NCBI GenBank assembly: GCA_017694995.1
Contig: JADIMB010000042.1
Span: 3,790-67,789, forward strand
Direction: 5' to 3'
Source: Candidatus Cryptobacteroides faecavium
GTDB lineage: Bacteria; Bacteroidota; Bacteroidia; Bacteroidales; UBA932
DNA: 64,000 nt
Shown: piece by piece, positions 29,348 to 39,914 of the stretch
How the letters are laid out: each line of letters begins with the position of its first letter
How positions within the stretch are numbered: the first letter of the stretch is position 1
Notes under the pieces: model-generated
What the model was told of the DNA's origin: nothing
What the model saw: only the letters and a program-made list of their open reading frames with translations
Databases searched by the model: none
Position numbers and translations under genes: made by a program

Positions 29348-30259
29348 CTACAGCAGATAGACGACGAAGCCGAAGCCGGCAAGAAAAGCGAACAGGAAGG
29401 AGGAGAACACAAGCAGCGGAAGCTGCGCATCCAGGGCTTTCCCGGAATGCCTCCACACACCGGCCAGATGAACGGCAAACAACGGCAGGGACAGCACGTA
29501 CAGATAATGCCACAGGTCAAAGACCCTGAGCATCGCATACGCAGTCATGAATATCCATCCGCCCGCAATGAGCGCCGTATGGTATATCTTCGCATTCTTC
29601 TCCCCTATCCTCACAGGGATGGTCCTGCGAGTGAGGGCATCGCTTTCCATGTCCCTTATATTATTTACGTTGAGCACACCGGCGCTGAGGCATCCCATAG
29701 CCGCAGCAGGCAGGACTAGAATCCATGTCCTGATCTCATGGGCGGCGACAAAATAAGACCCCAGCACAGCCACTATGCCGAAAAAAATGAACACATACAG
29801 GTCACCAAGGCCGCGGTAGCCGTAAGGGTTGCGCCCCAGAGTGTATTTCATGGCTCCGGAAATGGCGGCTATCCCGAGAAGGGCGACAATCAGGGCGCCG
29901 AGGCTGAAGAAAGTCCCGAAAGAGAACCATATCATACCCAGTCCTCCGCATATGCACAGAAGGACATAAACCCATATCATCACCTTGAAATCCCTCTCCT
30001 TCAGACTGCCGGACGAAAGAGTGTAGGCAGGTCCGTTCCTGTCCTCAAGCCTGTCGGTACCGCTGAGGAAATCCCCGAGTTCGTTGGACACATTGGACAG
30101 TATCTGAAGGAATACAGTCGTGGCCAATGTAAAAAAAGCCACCCACGGACGCAGGACATAATCAGACGCGGCGAGCATCAGACCGAGAGATACCCCGGCC
30201 AGAGAAAGCGGCAGGGTACGCAGGCGCATCGCCGTGACACAAGCTTTCAACTTTTTCAT
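29348..30259 (-). CDS. menA: 1,4-dihydroxy-2-naphthoate polyprenyltransferase
   Basis: RLRTLPLS, LSNVSNELGD, PYGYRGLGDLYVFIFFG, NVNNIRDMESD. Confidence 0.93.
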   Translation of the reverse strand: MKKLKACVTAMRLRTLPLSLAGVSLGLMLAASDYVLRPWVAFFTLATTVFLQILSNVSNELGDFLSGTDRLEDRNGPAYTLSSGSLKERDFKVMIWVYVLLCICGGLGMIWFSFGTFFSLGALIVALLGIAAISGAMKYTLGRNPYGYRGLGDLYVFIFFGIVAVLGSYFVAAHEIRTWILVLPAAAMGCLSAGVLNVNNIRDMESDALTRRTIPVRIGEKNAKIYHTALIAGGWIFMTAYAMLRVFDLWHYLYVLSLPLFAVHLAGVWRHSGKALDAQLPLLVFSSFLFAFLAGFGFVVYLL

Positions 30260-30271
30260 AAAACACGCATT

Positions 30272-30330
30272 TAAACAACCTACAACAGCTAAAACAACAA
30301 CTAAAACAACAAATCATACAACCACACAAA
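30272..30330. repeat. CA-rich degenerate tandem repeat (CTAAAACAACAA-like unit) upstream of menA
   Basis: TAAACAACCTACAACAGCTAAAACAACAACTAAAACAACAAATCATACAACCACACAAA. Confidence 0.7.
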
Positions 30331-30354
30331 CGGCCCGGTTCACGATCTTTGCCT

Positions 30355-30467
30355 CCGGTTAAGAATCTTATTCGTCTCTTTCTACGGAGAGCGAAATCCG
30401 TAGAGATCCTCAAATCCTGAGGATTTGAAAATGGAGTACCCGTGACGGGTACTCCATTTTATTTTTT
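30355..30467 (+). ncRNA. Candidate small RNA (~110 nt)
   Basis: Near-consensus -7 box (GATCTTTG, 30344-30351), two internal palindromes and a terminator whose long T tract is on the plus strand although both flanking genes are on the minus strand. Confidence 0.45.
30428..30467. terminator. Strong intrinsic terminator, probably bidirectional
   Basis: AAAATGGAGTACCCGT-G-ACGGGTACTCCATTTT followed by ATTTTTT. Confidence 0.85.
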
Positions 30468-31300
30468 CACTTCCTCACAGGGAAAATCACCTTGAAGTTC
30501 AAAGAGAGGAAATGCAGGACAGCATGGAAAGGGCCATAAGCCCTGAAGTCATACCTGAACTGCTCCTTGAACGGCCTGCCCTTCGGGCCCATTATGGCCC
30601 TGTACCTGTCACGGATGGAGACATCAGGGTTACGCCATTGGGGGACAACGGGGTTGCGGTCGCACTCTGCCAGTACGCCTGGAGCGACGACAGCCGTCAC
30701 GCCGGCCCTGGAGGCCCTCACACCGTAGTCATAGTCACCGAAACTGTGCGTATAATATCTGTCAAGAGTACCGAGTTTCCTGAACACATAGTCAGGGACA
30801 AGGACAAGGTTGCCGTTGAACATGTCGCAAGCGACAGGGATTACAGGATCCGGCTGTATTATACGGCCATAACGGGTCCGCCCGCCATAAGAAAGCACAC
30901 CGTGGGCATCCTCCGCCGTCCCTGCCACTATGGCCCTGTGTCCCAGATATGCGGAATTCTCCAGAAGGCATGCGACAGCTCCGGGCCTTATCATAGTGTC
31001 ATCATTGAGCCAGAGATAGAAGTCCGGGGACGACTTCGCAGCCTCGTCCCATGCGGCGCACATGCCCCTGTTCCAGAAGAGATTCCCGTCGCCGTGGATA
31101 ATATGCACGTCCGGGAACATCTCCAGGACAGCATCGGCAGTGCCGTCCGTACACCCGTCCTCCGTAAGATAGACCGAAAAGCGGTACTTCCCGCTGCGTG
31201 TGATGGAATCCATCTGCTCATAGCACAGTGACAGGCAGCGCAATGTCTTTTCCTTGCGGTTGTACACCGACATCAGTACCGCTATCTCTTTTACATCCAT
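30467..31300 (-). CDS. Glycosyltransferase family 2
   Basis: YNRKEKT, EDGCTDGT, GDGNLFWNRGM, WLNDD, FGDYDYG; start placed at ATG 31300 (TTG 31318 possible). Confidence 0.9.
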   Translation of the reverse strand: MDVKEIAVLMSVYNRKEKTLRCLSLCYEQMDSITRSGKYRFSVYLTEDGCTDGTADAVLEMFPDVHIIHGDGNLFWNRGMCAAWDEAAKSSPDFYLWLNDDTMIRPGAVACLLENSAYLGHRAIVAGTAEDAHGVLSYGGRTRYGRIIQPDPVIPVACDMFNGNLVLVPDYVFRKLGTLDRYYTHSFGDYDYGVRASRAGVTAVVAPGVLAECDRNPVVPQWRNPDVSIRDRYRAIMGPKGRPFKEQFRYDFRAYGPFHAVLHFLSLNFKVIFPVRK

Positions 31301-31314
31301 ATACAAACCTATTG

Positions 31315-33102
31315 TCAATCAAGCTTCAGGACTGCCATGAACGCACTCTGCGGCACCTCCACAGTACCTATCTGGCGCATTCTCTTCTTACCCTGCTTCT
31401 GCTTTTCGAGCAACTTGCGCTTACGGGTGATGTCACCGCCGTAGCACTTGGCCGTCACGTCCTTGCGTACAGCCTTGACCGTCTCCCTGGCGATTATTTT
31501 CGCGCCTATGGCCGCCTGGATAGCTATGTCGAACTGCTGCCGCGGGATAAGCTCCTTCAGTTTCTCGCAGATTTTCCTGCCGAAATCATACGCATGGTCC
31601 TGGTGTATCAGGCTGGAGAGGGCGTCGGCCGGCTCTCCGTTCAGGAGGATATCCAGCTTCACCAGCTTCGCCGGACGGAAACCGATGATATGATAGTCGA
31701 ATGAGGCGTATCCCTTCGAGATGGACTTGAGCTTGTCGTAAAAGTCGAACACTATCTCCGACAGAGGCATCTCGTATGTGAGTTCAAGCCTGTCCGATGT
31801 GATGTAATGCTGGTTCACCAGGGTACCGCGCTTGTCCAGACAGAGCTTCATGATAGGGCCGTAGAACTCGGCCTTGGAGATGACCTGGGCCCTGATGTAG
31901 GGCTCCTCGATACGGTCTATGAGCGTAGGGGCAGGAAGCCCTGAAGGGTTGTGGACATCCACTACCGCCCCCTGCGTGGTATATACCTTATAAGATACGT
32001 TCGGCACAGTGGTGATGACGTCCATGCCGAACTCCCTGAAAAGCCTCTCCTGCACAATCTCCAGGTGCAGCAGCCCGAGGAATCCGCATCTGAAGCCGAA
32101 TCCCAGGGCGAGTGAGGACTCCGGCTCGAAGACCAGGGAGGCGTCATTCAGCTGGAGTTTCTCTATGGACGAGCGCAGCTCCTCATACTGGTCCGTCTCC
32201 ACAGGATACACACCGGCGAAAAGCATCGGCTTGACTTCCTCGAATCCGGCTATGGCCTCGCTGCACGGCCTGTCCACATGCGTGATGGTATCTCCCACCT
32301 TCACCTCGGAAGCCGTCTTGATGCCGGAGATGATATATCCCACACTTCCGCACGGGATCTCCCCTCTCGGGTCGAGCTTCATCTTGAGCACGCCTATCTC
32401 GTCGGCCTCGTATTCCTTGCCGGTGTTGAAGAACTTGACCTTGTCTCCGGTGCGGATAGAGCCGTTCTCCACCTTGAAATAAGCGATTATACCTCTGAAT
32501 GAATTGAATACTGAGTCGAATATCAGCGCCTGGAGCGGGGCTTCAGGGTCTCCTGACGGAGCCGGGATCCTCTCCACTATGGCATCAAGGATGGCCGGCA
32601 CTCCCTCGCCTGTCTTTCCCGAGGCGCAGAGAACATCCTCCGGCCTGCAGCCCAGCAGGTCCACCACCTGGTCGGTGACCACGTCCACCATGGCGGAATC
32701 CATGTCTATCTTGTTGAGCACCGGGATAATCTCCAGGTCATGCTCTATCGCCAGGTAGAGGTTTGAAATGGTCTGTGCCTGGATACCCTGTGTGGCGTCC
32801 ACCACCAGAAGGGCCCCTTCACATGAGGCAATGGCCCTGGACACCTCGTATGAAAAATCCACATGGCCCGGAGTGTCTATCAGATTCAGAGTATAGTCCT
32901 CCCCCCGGTATTTGTAGTCCATCTGGATGGCATGGCTCTTTATAGTGATGCCCTTCTCCTTCTCCAGATCCATCGAGTCGAGCACCTGGGCCTCCATGTC
33001 CCTGCTGCTGAGGGTATGCGTCAGCTCTATCATCCTGTCCGCCAGGGTGCTCTTTCCGTGGTCGATATGCGCTATTATGCAAAAATTCCTGGTATATTTC
33101 AT
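31315..33102 (-). CDS. lepA: Elongation factor 4 (LepA)
   Basis: [45 protein letters not shown]. Confidence 0.98.
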   Translation of the reverse strand: MKYTRNFCIIAHIDHGKSTLADRMIELTHTLSSRDMEAQVLDSMDLEKEKGITIKSHAIQMDYKYRGEDYTLNLIDTPGHVDFSYEVSRAIASCEGALLVVDATQGIQAQTISNLYLAIEHDLEIIPVLNKIDMDSAMVDVVTDQVVDLLGCRPEDVLCASGKTGEGVPAILDAIVERIPAPSGDPEAPLQALIFDSVFNSFRGIIAYFKVENGSIRTGDKVKFFNTGKEYEADEIGVLKMKLDPRGEIPCGSVGYIISGIKTASEVKVGDTITHVDRPCSEAIAGFEEVKPMLFAGVYPVETDQYEELRSSIEKLQLNDASLVFEPESSLALGFGFRCGFLGLLHLEIVQERLFREFGMDVITTVPNVSYKVYTTQGAVVDVHNPSGLPAPTLIDRIEEPYIRAQVISKAEFYGPIMKLCLDKRGTLVNQHYITSDRLELTYEMPLSEIVFDFYDKLKSISKGYASFDYHIIGFRPAKLVKLDILLNGEPADALSSLIHQDHAYDFGRKICEKLKELIPRQQFDIAIQAAIGAKIIARETVKAVRKDVTAKCYGGDITRKRKLLEKQKQGKKRMRQIGTVEVPQSAFMAVLKLD

Positions 33103-33180
33103 TTCTCAATCCTTATATCCCGGCAAAGATACGCAGAAAAAAAGACAAAACACCCTATCTGTCAGAAACATTGCGCCGAA

Positions 33181-35241
33181 TCAAACAGCAGGCGCCGTCA
33201 CTCCCTGCCCCAAGAAACACCGGTATGTATCCGTTGTCCGGTTTTTCCTGTCTCCGGCCACCACAGTGATCTCGTTCTCCCCGGGCCTGAGCATCACATC
33301 CTTCCACACGGCCGTGCGCAAGGAGTCCGCCTTCACTTTACCGCAGCTCACCCCGTTCACAAACAGCTCCGCCTCAGGGAAATTGGTGAATGCCATGAAT
33401 GTCTGCACCTTGCGGGTCCTTTCCGTACAGCGTCTCCCGGCGAGGTAAAGCACCGGGATGTCGTCTCTCCAGTTGGCCTGGTAGAAATAGAAAGCGTCCT
33501 TGCGCACCTTGCGGTCGAAGGTGACAAGCCCCTTGTCGTTTATCCCCGGACGGTCACCCTCATGCCTGTGCGCCGCGCCGAAATCGAACATGTTCCATAT
33601 GAAGCTGCCCCATACGAAAGGACGTGAAGAAAGCTCCCTCCAGTTGTCTATGTGGTACTGCGTCTGCCAGTTCTCCGGGTGCCACCAGCTGACAGGCTCT
33701 GACTTGACCACAGTGTCCTGCTGGTGGTATATGCTCGCCCCGGCCCCGTACTCGCTTATGGCGATGCACAGTTCCGGATGCTCTTCATGTGTGCGGTCCA
33801 GCCATTTGCCCAAGTCCGCAGGAGTGCCGCCATACCAGCCGTCATAACGGTTCCAGGCAATGGCATCCGTCACGAAGTTGAGCTCCCCGTCGATATTTGA
33901 AGCCGAAGTGGTGAGCCTTGTGGGATCCTCCTCATGTGCGATGGCATCCAGTTCCTCTATATACGGCACAGGACTGTCTCCGCGCATGGAAAGCTCGTTG
34001 AAGATGCCCCACAGACAGATGGAAGGGTGGTTGTAATGCTGGCGGATCATCTCACGGAGCTGTTCCTTCCCGTTCTCCCTGAACGCCTCTATGTCCACAA
34101 AACCCTCGTCGGAATACCCTCCTGGCCCGATAAAAGGTATCTCTGCCCAGACGATGAACCCGTAACGGTCCATCAGGTCATAGAAATACTCTGCCTGCGG
34201 ATAATGGGCCAGGCGGACAGCATTGGCACCCATCTCGGCGATGATCGCGGCATCCTCGTCGTGGTGCATCCGGTGCAGGGCGTTGCCTATCTCCGCCCGG
34301 TCCTGGTGGCGGCAGACACCCCGCAGCTGGAGATGCTTACCGTTCAGGAAGAAACCCTTGTCCGGATCTATGTGGAAGAACCTCAGGCCGAGAGGCTGCT
34401 CCACCATGTCCGTCTCTCTCCCGTCACAGAGCACGGAAATCCGGGTCCTGTAAAGGAAAGGGTCCTCCGTGCCGTTCCACAGATGCGGGTCCTGCAGACT
34501 GAAGCCGATTTCGTGCAGACTGTCTTCCTCTCCAGGGACAGAGACGTTCTTCTCCACTGAAAGGACCTTCTTCTCCCCGTCGAGAAGCTCCACCCTGAGG
34601 ACAGCGTCACGGTCGGAAGAAAGAGAACTGGAAAGTCTCACCAGCGCCTTCACTGAAGCAGACTCATGGCTGACACTTTCCTGCACCAGCCTCACCCCGC
34701 TGGAGCCGTAATCCGTCAAGGAGATGCATACCGGATCAGTAACTATCAGGGCCACATTCCTGTAGATTCCTCCATAAAAATTGAAGTCCCCGACCAGAGG
34801 CATGATCTCCAGATTCTCGGCATTGCTCACCCTTACCAGAAGGGTGTTCTCCTCCCCGTATCTAAGGCAGCCGGTGAGGTCGATGGCAAATGCGCCGTAT
34901 CCCCCCTTGTGCCGGCCTGAGTGGCATCCGTTCACAAACACGTCCGCCACATTGTTCACCCCCTCGAAACGGATGAACACCCTCTTGCCCGTCCAGTCGT
35001 CAGGAACCGTGAAAGTCTTCTGGTAATTCCCTATCCCCCTCTTGTAGTCAGGCTTCCCCGACAGGGCATCTCCGGCGTTCCATGTGTGAGGAAGGTCCAC
35101 CCTGTCATAGACACCCTTCTCCACACTGTGGGAGAATCTGAACTGCCAGTCCTCGTCCAAGGAAACGACCTGGCGCTGGGCTGATAGGGCCTGCGACCCG
35201 AGAACAGCCACGACCAAAGCGGCAAAAAGTCTGATCTTCAT
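33181..35241 (-). CDS. GH2 glycoside hydrolase (beta-galactosidase/beta-glucuronidase)
   Basis: FNFYGGIYR, GVCRHQD, RLAHYP, GIFNE, ISEYGAG, WNMFDF, NDKGLVT. Confidence 0.93.
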   Translation of the reverse strand: MKIRLFAALVVAVLGSQALSAQRQVVSLDEDWQFRFSHSVEKGVYDRVDLPHTWNAGDALSGKPDYKRGIGNYQKTFTVPDDWTGKRVFIRFEGVNNVADVFVNGCHSGRHKGGYGAFAIDLTGCLRYGEENTLLVRVSNAENLEIMPLVGDFNFYGGIYRNVALIVTDPVCISLTDYGSSGVRLVQESVSHESASVKALVRLSSSLSSDRDAVLRVELLDGEKKVLSVEKNVSVPGEEDSLHEIGFSLQDPHLWNGTEDPFLYRTRISVLCDGRETDMVEQPLGLRFFHIDPDKGFFLNGKHLQLRGVCRHQDRAEIGNALHRMHHDEDAAIIAEMGANAVRLAHYPQAEYFYDLMDRYGFIVWAEIPFIGPGGYSDEGFVDIEAFRENGKEQLREMIRQHYNHPSICLWGIFNELSMRGDSPVPYIEELDAIAHEEDPTRLTTSASNIDGELNFVTDAIAWNRYDGWYGGTPADLGKWLDRTHEEHPELCIAISEYGAGASIYHQQDTVVKSEPVSWWHPENWQTQYHIDNWRELSSRPFVWGSFIWNMFDFGAAHRHEGDRPGINDKGLVTFDRKVRKDAFYFYQANWRDDIPVLYLAGRRCTERTRKVQTFMAFTNFPEAELFVNGVSCGKVKADSLRTAVWKDVMLRPGENEITVVAGDRKNRTTDTYRCFLGQGVTAPAV

Positions 35242-35247
35242 AATCTT

Positions 35248-36684
35248 CTACAATTTCTTCTTTATCCTGTCAATGAATCTTGCAAATGCATCCATCTCTT
35301 TCACGAACTGCCCGGACTCCGAGATGTTCCTGTTCTCCTGCGGGTCGTCCTGATGGTCAAACAGCATGCGGGAGACCATGCTCCCGTCTCCCCTCCTCCA
35401 CTCGGCATAACTGAAGCGAGGGTCCACGACATTGTCCCCGCCTCCCCACTGGATGTACACCTCGTCTTTCGTTTTCGCGGACAGGTCTTCCAGTACCGGG
35501 ACAAAACTCTTCCCGTCGAGCTGTCCTTTCGGTTCAGGAAGCCCGCACAGTTCGCACAGTGTCGGGTACAGGTCCACGAACTCCACCATTGACCATGTGC
35601 TGCCTTTCTCCATCCCCGGTGCGCGGACAATCAGAGGGACATGGGTGGCCTCGTCCATGAGGTTGTGCTTCCCCAGGAAGCCGTGCTCGCCGAGGTGCCA
35701 TCCGTGGTCACCGAGCAGGACCACCACCGTATTGTCCGAAAGGCCGAGGGAATCGAGCGCATCGAGCACCTTCCCTATCTGGGCGTCCACATAGCTCATG
35801 CAGGCATAGTAGCCGTGCTTTGCCTCCTTTATGAAATAAATGTCGTCAGGCTCTGTAGTACCGGCGTAGGCGTAAATCTCCGTGGAGTTCTGCACCTGCG
35901 GTGGCAGGCCCTCGGGGCGGTACATGTTGTCCGCCACCGGTATCTTCTCCCGGTCATACATGTCCCAGTACCGGCTCGGGGCGTTGAAAGGCAGATGCGG
36001 TTTCCAGAACCCGCATGCGAGGAAAAACGGCTTGTCCATGTCCTTCAGCCTCGCGAGGTCGGATATGGCCTTCTCGGCCAGTTTCCCGTCATCATAAGCG
36101 TTGTCAGGAACATCGGCACGTTCACAGAAAGGTCCTCTCCCGTTCCTGGGGTTGATGGAGCGGGAGGACGACTCGTTCATCCAGAGTTCCCACCTGTTGT
36201 ATTCGGCCCAATACACATCGTATCCGTCCGGATGCGTACGGAAAGGAGGCTCGCTCCACGTGTCCGCATGGTCCTCTATATGATGGAACACCTTCCCGTC
36301 GGAGACCGTATGGTACCCGTGTGAAGTGAACCACTCTGAAACAGGCACGGCCTCAGGGCAGTCCACGCTCGCCTTGGCCGAAAAATCCGTGAACCTGTCA
36401 GGATATGACGGATACATCCCCGTCAGGAGGCTCGCACGGGAGGCCCCGCTCACGGGTACATTGCAGTATGCGTTCCTGAAGACGACACCCTCCGAAGCCA
36501 GACGGTCTATGTTCGGGGTCTTTATTTCCTTCACCCCGTAGCACCCCAGTTCAGGGCGCATGTCGTCAGCCATGATGAAAAGCACATTGAGCCTTCCTTC
36601 CGGAGCGGCGGCATATGCCGTCGTGCAGGCCGCGGCGGCCATCCCGGCCACCAGGAATTGCCTGTTGAATCCCTTTCCTTTCAT
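35248..36684 (-). CDS. Ser-type S1 sulfatase, iduronate-2-sulfatase-like
   Basis: NVLFIMADDMR, signature SGASRASLLTG, GKVFH, FWKPHLPF, GDHGWHLGEH. Confidence 0.9.
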   Translation of the reverse strand: MKGKGFNRQFLVAGMAAAACTTAYAAAPEGRLNVLFIMADDMRPELGCYGVKEIKTPNIDRLASEGVVFRNAYCNVPVSGASRASLLTGMYPSYPDRFTDFSAKASVDCPEAVPVSEWFTSHGYHTVSDGKVFHHIEDHADTWSEPPFRTHPDGYDVYWAEYNRWELWMNESSSRSINPRNGRGPFCERADVPDNAYDDGKLAEKAISDLARLKDMDKPFFLACGFWKPHLPFNAPSRYWDMYDREKIPVADNMYRPEGLPPQVQNSTEIYAYAGTTEPDDIYFIKEAKHGYYACMSYVDAQIGKVLDALDSLGLSDNTVVVLLGDHGWHLGEHGFLGKHNLMDEATHVPLIVRAPGMEKGSTWSMVEFVDLYPTLCELCGLPEPKGQLDGKSFVPVLEDLSAKTKDEVYIQWGGGDNVVDPRFSYAEWRRGDGSMVSRMLFDHQDDPQENRNISESGQFVKEMDAFARFIDRIKKKL

Positions 36685-36750
36685 TGTCGATATCTGTGTT
36701 TACAACCTGTAAATATAACCAATTCTTATAAAAACTTCTGGTTTCCGTCA

Positions 36751-36792
36751 TCCCGGATACCATAAGTTGACCGGGAACTTATCTTTTCCGGG
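36751..36792. terminator. Imperfect hairpin between propeller and sulfatase genes
   Basis: CCCGGA..ATAAGTT-GACCGGG-AACTTAT..TCCGGG; no clear U tract. Confidence 0.35.
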
Positions 36793-36797
36793 CAGTA

Positions 36798-37937
36798 TCA
36801 TTTTTTGAATTTGAACAATGTCAGCACTGGATTGTCGTCCTGGCCCACCCCGAGCCTGTCCAGAAATGCCGCGGCATCAGGTGACCGGCTCTCGCCCGGA
36901 ATCCAGACGACAATGAAAACATCCCCTACCACAGTCATACTGTACGGATCCATGACAGGAGAACCCTCTATGCTGTCCATAATGATCTTGTCAGCGAGCT
37001 GGCCTTCCTCCCCGTCCAGGAAATAAAACAACGGCTTTCCCCCGTCCGAAAATGTTATCATGCTCCTGTCTCCTTCATGATAGGAAAGTCTGAAAGACAT
37101 GTATCCCGGGCGGCGCTCCTGCATGAACCGCTCCTGCTCCTCGTATGTCCCTGTCCTTATGCTTTCAGGAATGCCTTTATTCCCGGGATCGACGGTCATG
37201 ACCGGCTTCGCCTCCAGGTTTTCTATCTGATAGAAAGTGTTGTCCCAGGCCTGGGAGTAGAATATCTGGCCTGCTCCGTTTCTCGAGAATCCACGGACAT
37301 TGAAATAACGGTACTCTTCTTCAGGTCTCACCACATCAAACAGAGGTTTCAGCGTCCCTGTCTCCGGATCGAACGCTATAACACCGCTGTTGGTTCTTTT
37401 CCCATCTACCTCGTTAGAGAAATGCCCGGTATCCAGATAATATATCCCTCCTGACTTATTGACATTTCTGGTATGGACCGGCAATGTTATTTCCGAAACG
37501 AAATCCAGACTCTGCAAGTCATATATGAAAATCCTGCCTGTACCTGTGTCAAGAATCTCCAATGTCTTCTCCTTCTGGTCAATATAGAAATCACTTATGT
37601 CTATATATTCCCCAGGGCCGCGCCCCTGTTTCTTGAAACTTGCGACATGGCTCCCGTCTTTCCGGTCAAAGATGTATATACCACGGTACATGATATCCAT
37701 GACATAGATACGGTCCTCGGTCAGTCTCACTATACCGATACCGCCGATCATGCAGTCCTCCGATGTCTCCAGCCTCACGGTCTCCACGCCCGATGTGAAA
37801 CTGGAGATCAGGACCTGTCCCGGTACGGCCTTGCTCACATCCACGATTTCAGCCTCGGAAACCGGTGTCTGTCTGCATGAAAACAGTCCTGCCGCCGCAA
37901 CCAGCGGCAGGACAATATTCAAAATCCTGTTATACAT
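36798..37937 (-). CDS. 6-bladed beta-propeller lipoprotein (DUF5128-like)
   Basis: Lipobox LFSC; LETSEDCMIG, GRGPGEY, DDNPVL motifs. Confidence 0.85.
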   Translation of the reverse strand: MYNRILNIVLPLVAAAGLFSCRQTPVSEAEIVDVSKAVPGQVLISSFTSGVETVRLETSEDCMIGGIGIVRLTEDRIYVMDIMYRGIYIFDRKDGSHVASFKKQGRGPGEYIDISDFYIDQKEKTLEILDTGTGRIFIYDLQSLDFVSEITLPVHTRNVNKSGGIYYLDTGHFSNEVDGKRTNSGVIAFDPETGTLKPLFDVVRPEEEYRYFNVRGFSRNGAGQIFYSQAWDNTFYQIENLEAKPVMTVDPGNKGIPESIRTGTYEEQERFMQERRPGYMSFRLSYHEGDRSMITFSDGGKPLFYFLDGEEGQLADKIIMDSIEGSPVMDPYSMTVVGDVFIVVWIPGESRSPDAAAFLDRLGVGQDDNPVLTLFKFKK

Positions 37938-37966
37938 ATTTTCTGCATTGACATTTTTCAGGTGAC

Positions 37967-39886
37967 CTATTCAGCGGTATCGCCTCCCGTGGAAGTCCAG
38001 CCCGGATTCTGCGTGAGGGCATCGTTCAGAGCCAGATTGTCCAGAGGGAGAGGATACAGATAGTAGTGGTCGTCAGGCCAGCCTGCAGGCTTGCCGAAAA
38101 ACGCGCCGTAGCCGTACCTTTCAGTCGAAGGAAGATCGTTACCGTCGATATCCTGCAGCTTGATAGTCGTTGAATTTCCATAATCCGCCCTGTCTATCCA
38201 CGCTCCCTGAGGGCGTTTGTTCAGGACGAGGTCCGCGATTTTCCAGCGGCGTATATCCCTGAAAGCGAATCCTTCACCCACGAACTCCACGCGGCGCTCC
38301 CTGCGGATCTCCCACAGCACAGGATCTCCAGCCCTGTCGTAATAGCCGCCCGCGTCAAGCGCCGGGTCCCAGCCCCGTCCTGCAGCCTTGATCTCGGCCA
38401 CATTCATCGGAGCCACATTGCAGCTCGGACGCACCCTCATCAGATTGACAGTCTGGTCTGCGACAGTCTGGTCGAACTCACCGAGTTCACATTTCGCCTC
38501 CGCGTAATTCAGCAGGACTTCCTCGTACCTGAAAACCGGTGCGTCGGTGGTATTGTCACTGTTGGCGGTAAGGGCCGGTGTGGTGGTATTGTAGTATTTC
38601 CACATGAAATAGCCCATGTTGCTCTTTCCCCATGCCGTATTACGCCCGTCGGCGGTATTCAGGAGGTTCGGCTGACGATGGCAGACAAAACCTTTGAAGT
38701 TGGTGTGCGGAAGCTGCTTGGTGCCTGTCCACGAAGCGTTCGCGGGATCGTTCATGATGTCTATATACTCGTTGTCACGAGGGTCGTCCGTGAAAACAGG
38801 GTCGGTTACGCTTCCTCCGGTGGTCGCAGTATTGTACGGAGGGCAAATCGTCAGGTATAGACGGCGGTCACGGTTGCGGAACCTGTCGTATTCCCTGTAT
38901 TTGTCCTTTCCGGTATCGTCAGGGGTGTCCCCGAACACGGCGCTTGTGGAAATAGGTCTTCCGTCAGAGCAGAGATAGCTGTCCACCAGATCCTTGGTTC
39001 CCTCGAAGGTCAGCTCGCCGGTCCTTATCCTCCTGGTATAGTTGTGGCCCAGCTCGCCGGCCGTGTACTGGCGGAACAGGATGATACTGGCCGCTCCGGT
39101 AAGGTCTTCGGAATTGAACAGCGCGTCATAGCTCGGATTGACGGAATATTTTCCGGTGTTGATCACCGCCCAGGCAGCATCTGCGGCCTCACGCAGATAT
39201 GTGTCGGCATCCTGCAGCCCGTGGTACTTCCTCCATGTGCCCTCGAAAAGGGCGAAGCGGGAAAGGAACGTGTTCACGACATCCCTGTTCACTGTATTGG
39301 TACCGTTACCGGTCTCCCTTATGTCGGCTGCAGCCTGTTTCAGGTCACGGAGGATGTTCGCTGCCACCTCGTCACGGGGATTTCTCGGAAAATAGAGTTC
39401 CTCTGAATCGGTAGCGAGCACATGCTCGATCCAAGGGACGTCTCCGAATTTCTGGAGCAGCTGGAAATACCTGTGGCTGCGGAAGAAAAGTCCGACCGCA
39501 CGCCAGTGCTTCTTGTCAACGTCGCTCATCTGTGCAGCATCTATATGGTCCAGCATCAGGTTGCACTTGCGGATGAAACTGAAATCCCAGTCACCTTCGC
39601 TGGCCGGCACCTTGTATCTGTTCATTGCCCATGCGGACTCGCTTCCGGCAGTATTGCCGGTCAGGTTGCCGCCGTCCTTGTCCGCGCCCAGCGTATCGTC
39701 ATTGTATCCGCCGAATATCGAATAAAGCCCCCAGGCATAAGTCTCAAAATTCTCTGCCGTCACAAAGGCAGTCACCTCTGTCTGCGTATCTCTCGGATAG
39801 ACTTCAAGGAAGTCATCGTTGCAGGAAATCAGTCCGAGAGACAGGGCCATGCAGGATATATACATTATTTTCTTTTTCATGATCAT
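37967..39886 (-). CDS. SusD/RagB family lipoprotein
   Basis: Lipobox LISC; FGDVPW, FRYEEVLLNYAEA, EIRRERRVEFVGEG, LTQNPGW. Confidence 0.95.
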   Translation of the reverse strand: MIMKKKIMYISCMALSLGLISCNDDFLEVYPRDTQTEVTAFVTAENFETYAWGLYSIFGGYNDDTLGADKDGGNLTGNTAGSESAWAMNRYKVPASEGDWDFSFIRKCNLMLDHIDAAQMSDVDKKHWRAVGLFFRSHRYFQLLQKFGDVPWIEHVLATDSEELYFPRNPRDEVAANILRDLKQAAADIRETGNGTNTVNRDVVNTFLSRFALFEGTWRKYHGLQDADTYLREAADAAWAVINTGKYSVNPSYDALFNSEDLTGAASIILFRQYTAGELGHNYTRRIRTGELTFEGTKDLVDSYLCSDGRPISTSAVFGDTPDDTGKDKYREYDRFRNRDRRLYLTICPPYNTATTGGSVTDPVFTDDPRDNEYIDIMNDPANASWTGTKQLPHTNFKGFVCHRQPNLLNTADGRNTAWGKSNMGYFMWKYYNTTTPALTANSDNTTDAPVFRYEEVLLNYAEAKCELGEFDQTVADQTVNLMRVRPSCNVAPMNVAEIKAAGRGWDPALDAGGYYDRAGDPVLWEIRRERRVEFVGEGFAFRDIRRWKIADLVLNKRPQGAWIDRADYGNSTTIKLQDIDGNDLPSTERYGYGAFFGKPAGWPDDHYYLYPLPLDNLALNDALTQNPGWTSTGGDTAE

Positions 39887-39914
39887 GTGTTTTTCAGATG
39901 TGTAAATGTCACAT

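Noticed and set aside
36430-36465. Ser instead of Cys in the sulfatase signature as inactivation
   Set aside because: Ser-type sulfatases are standard in Bacteroidales
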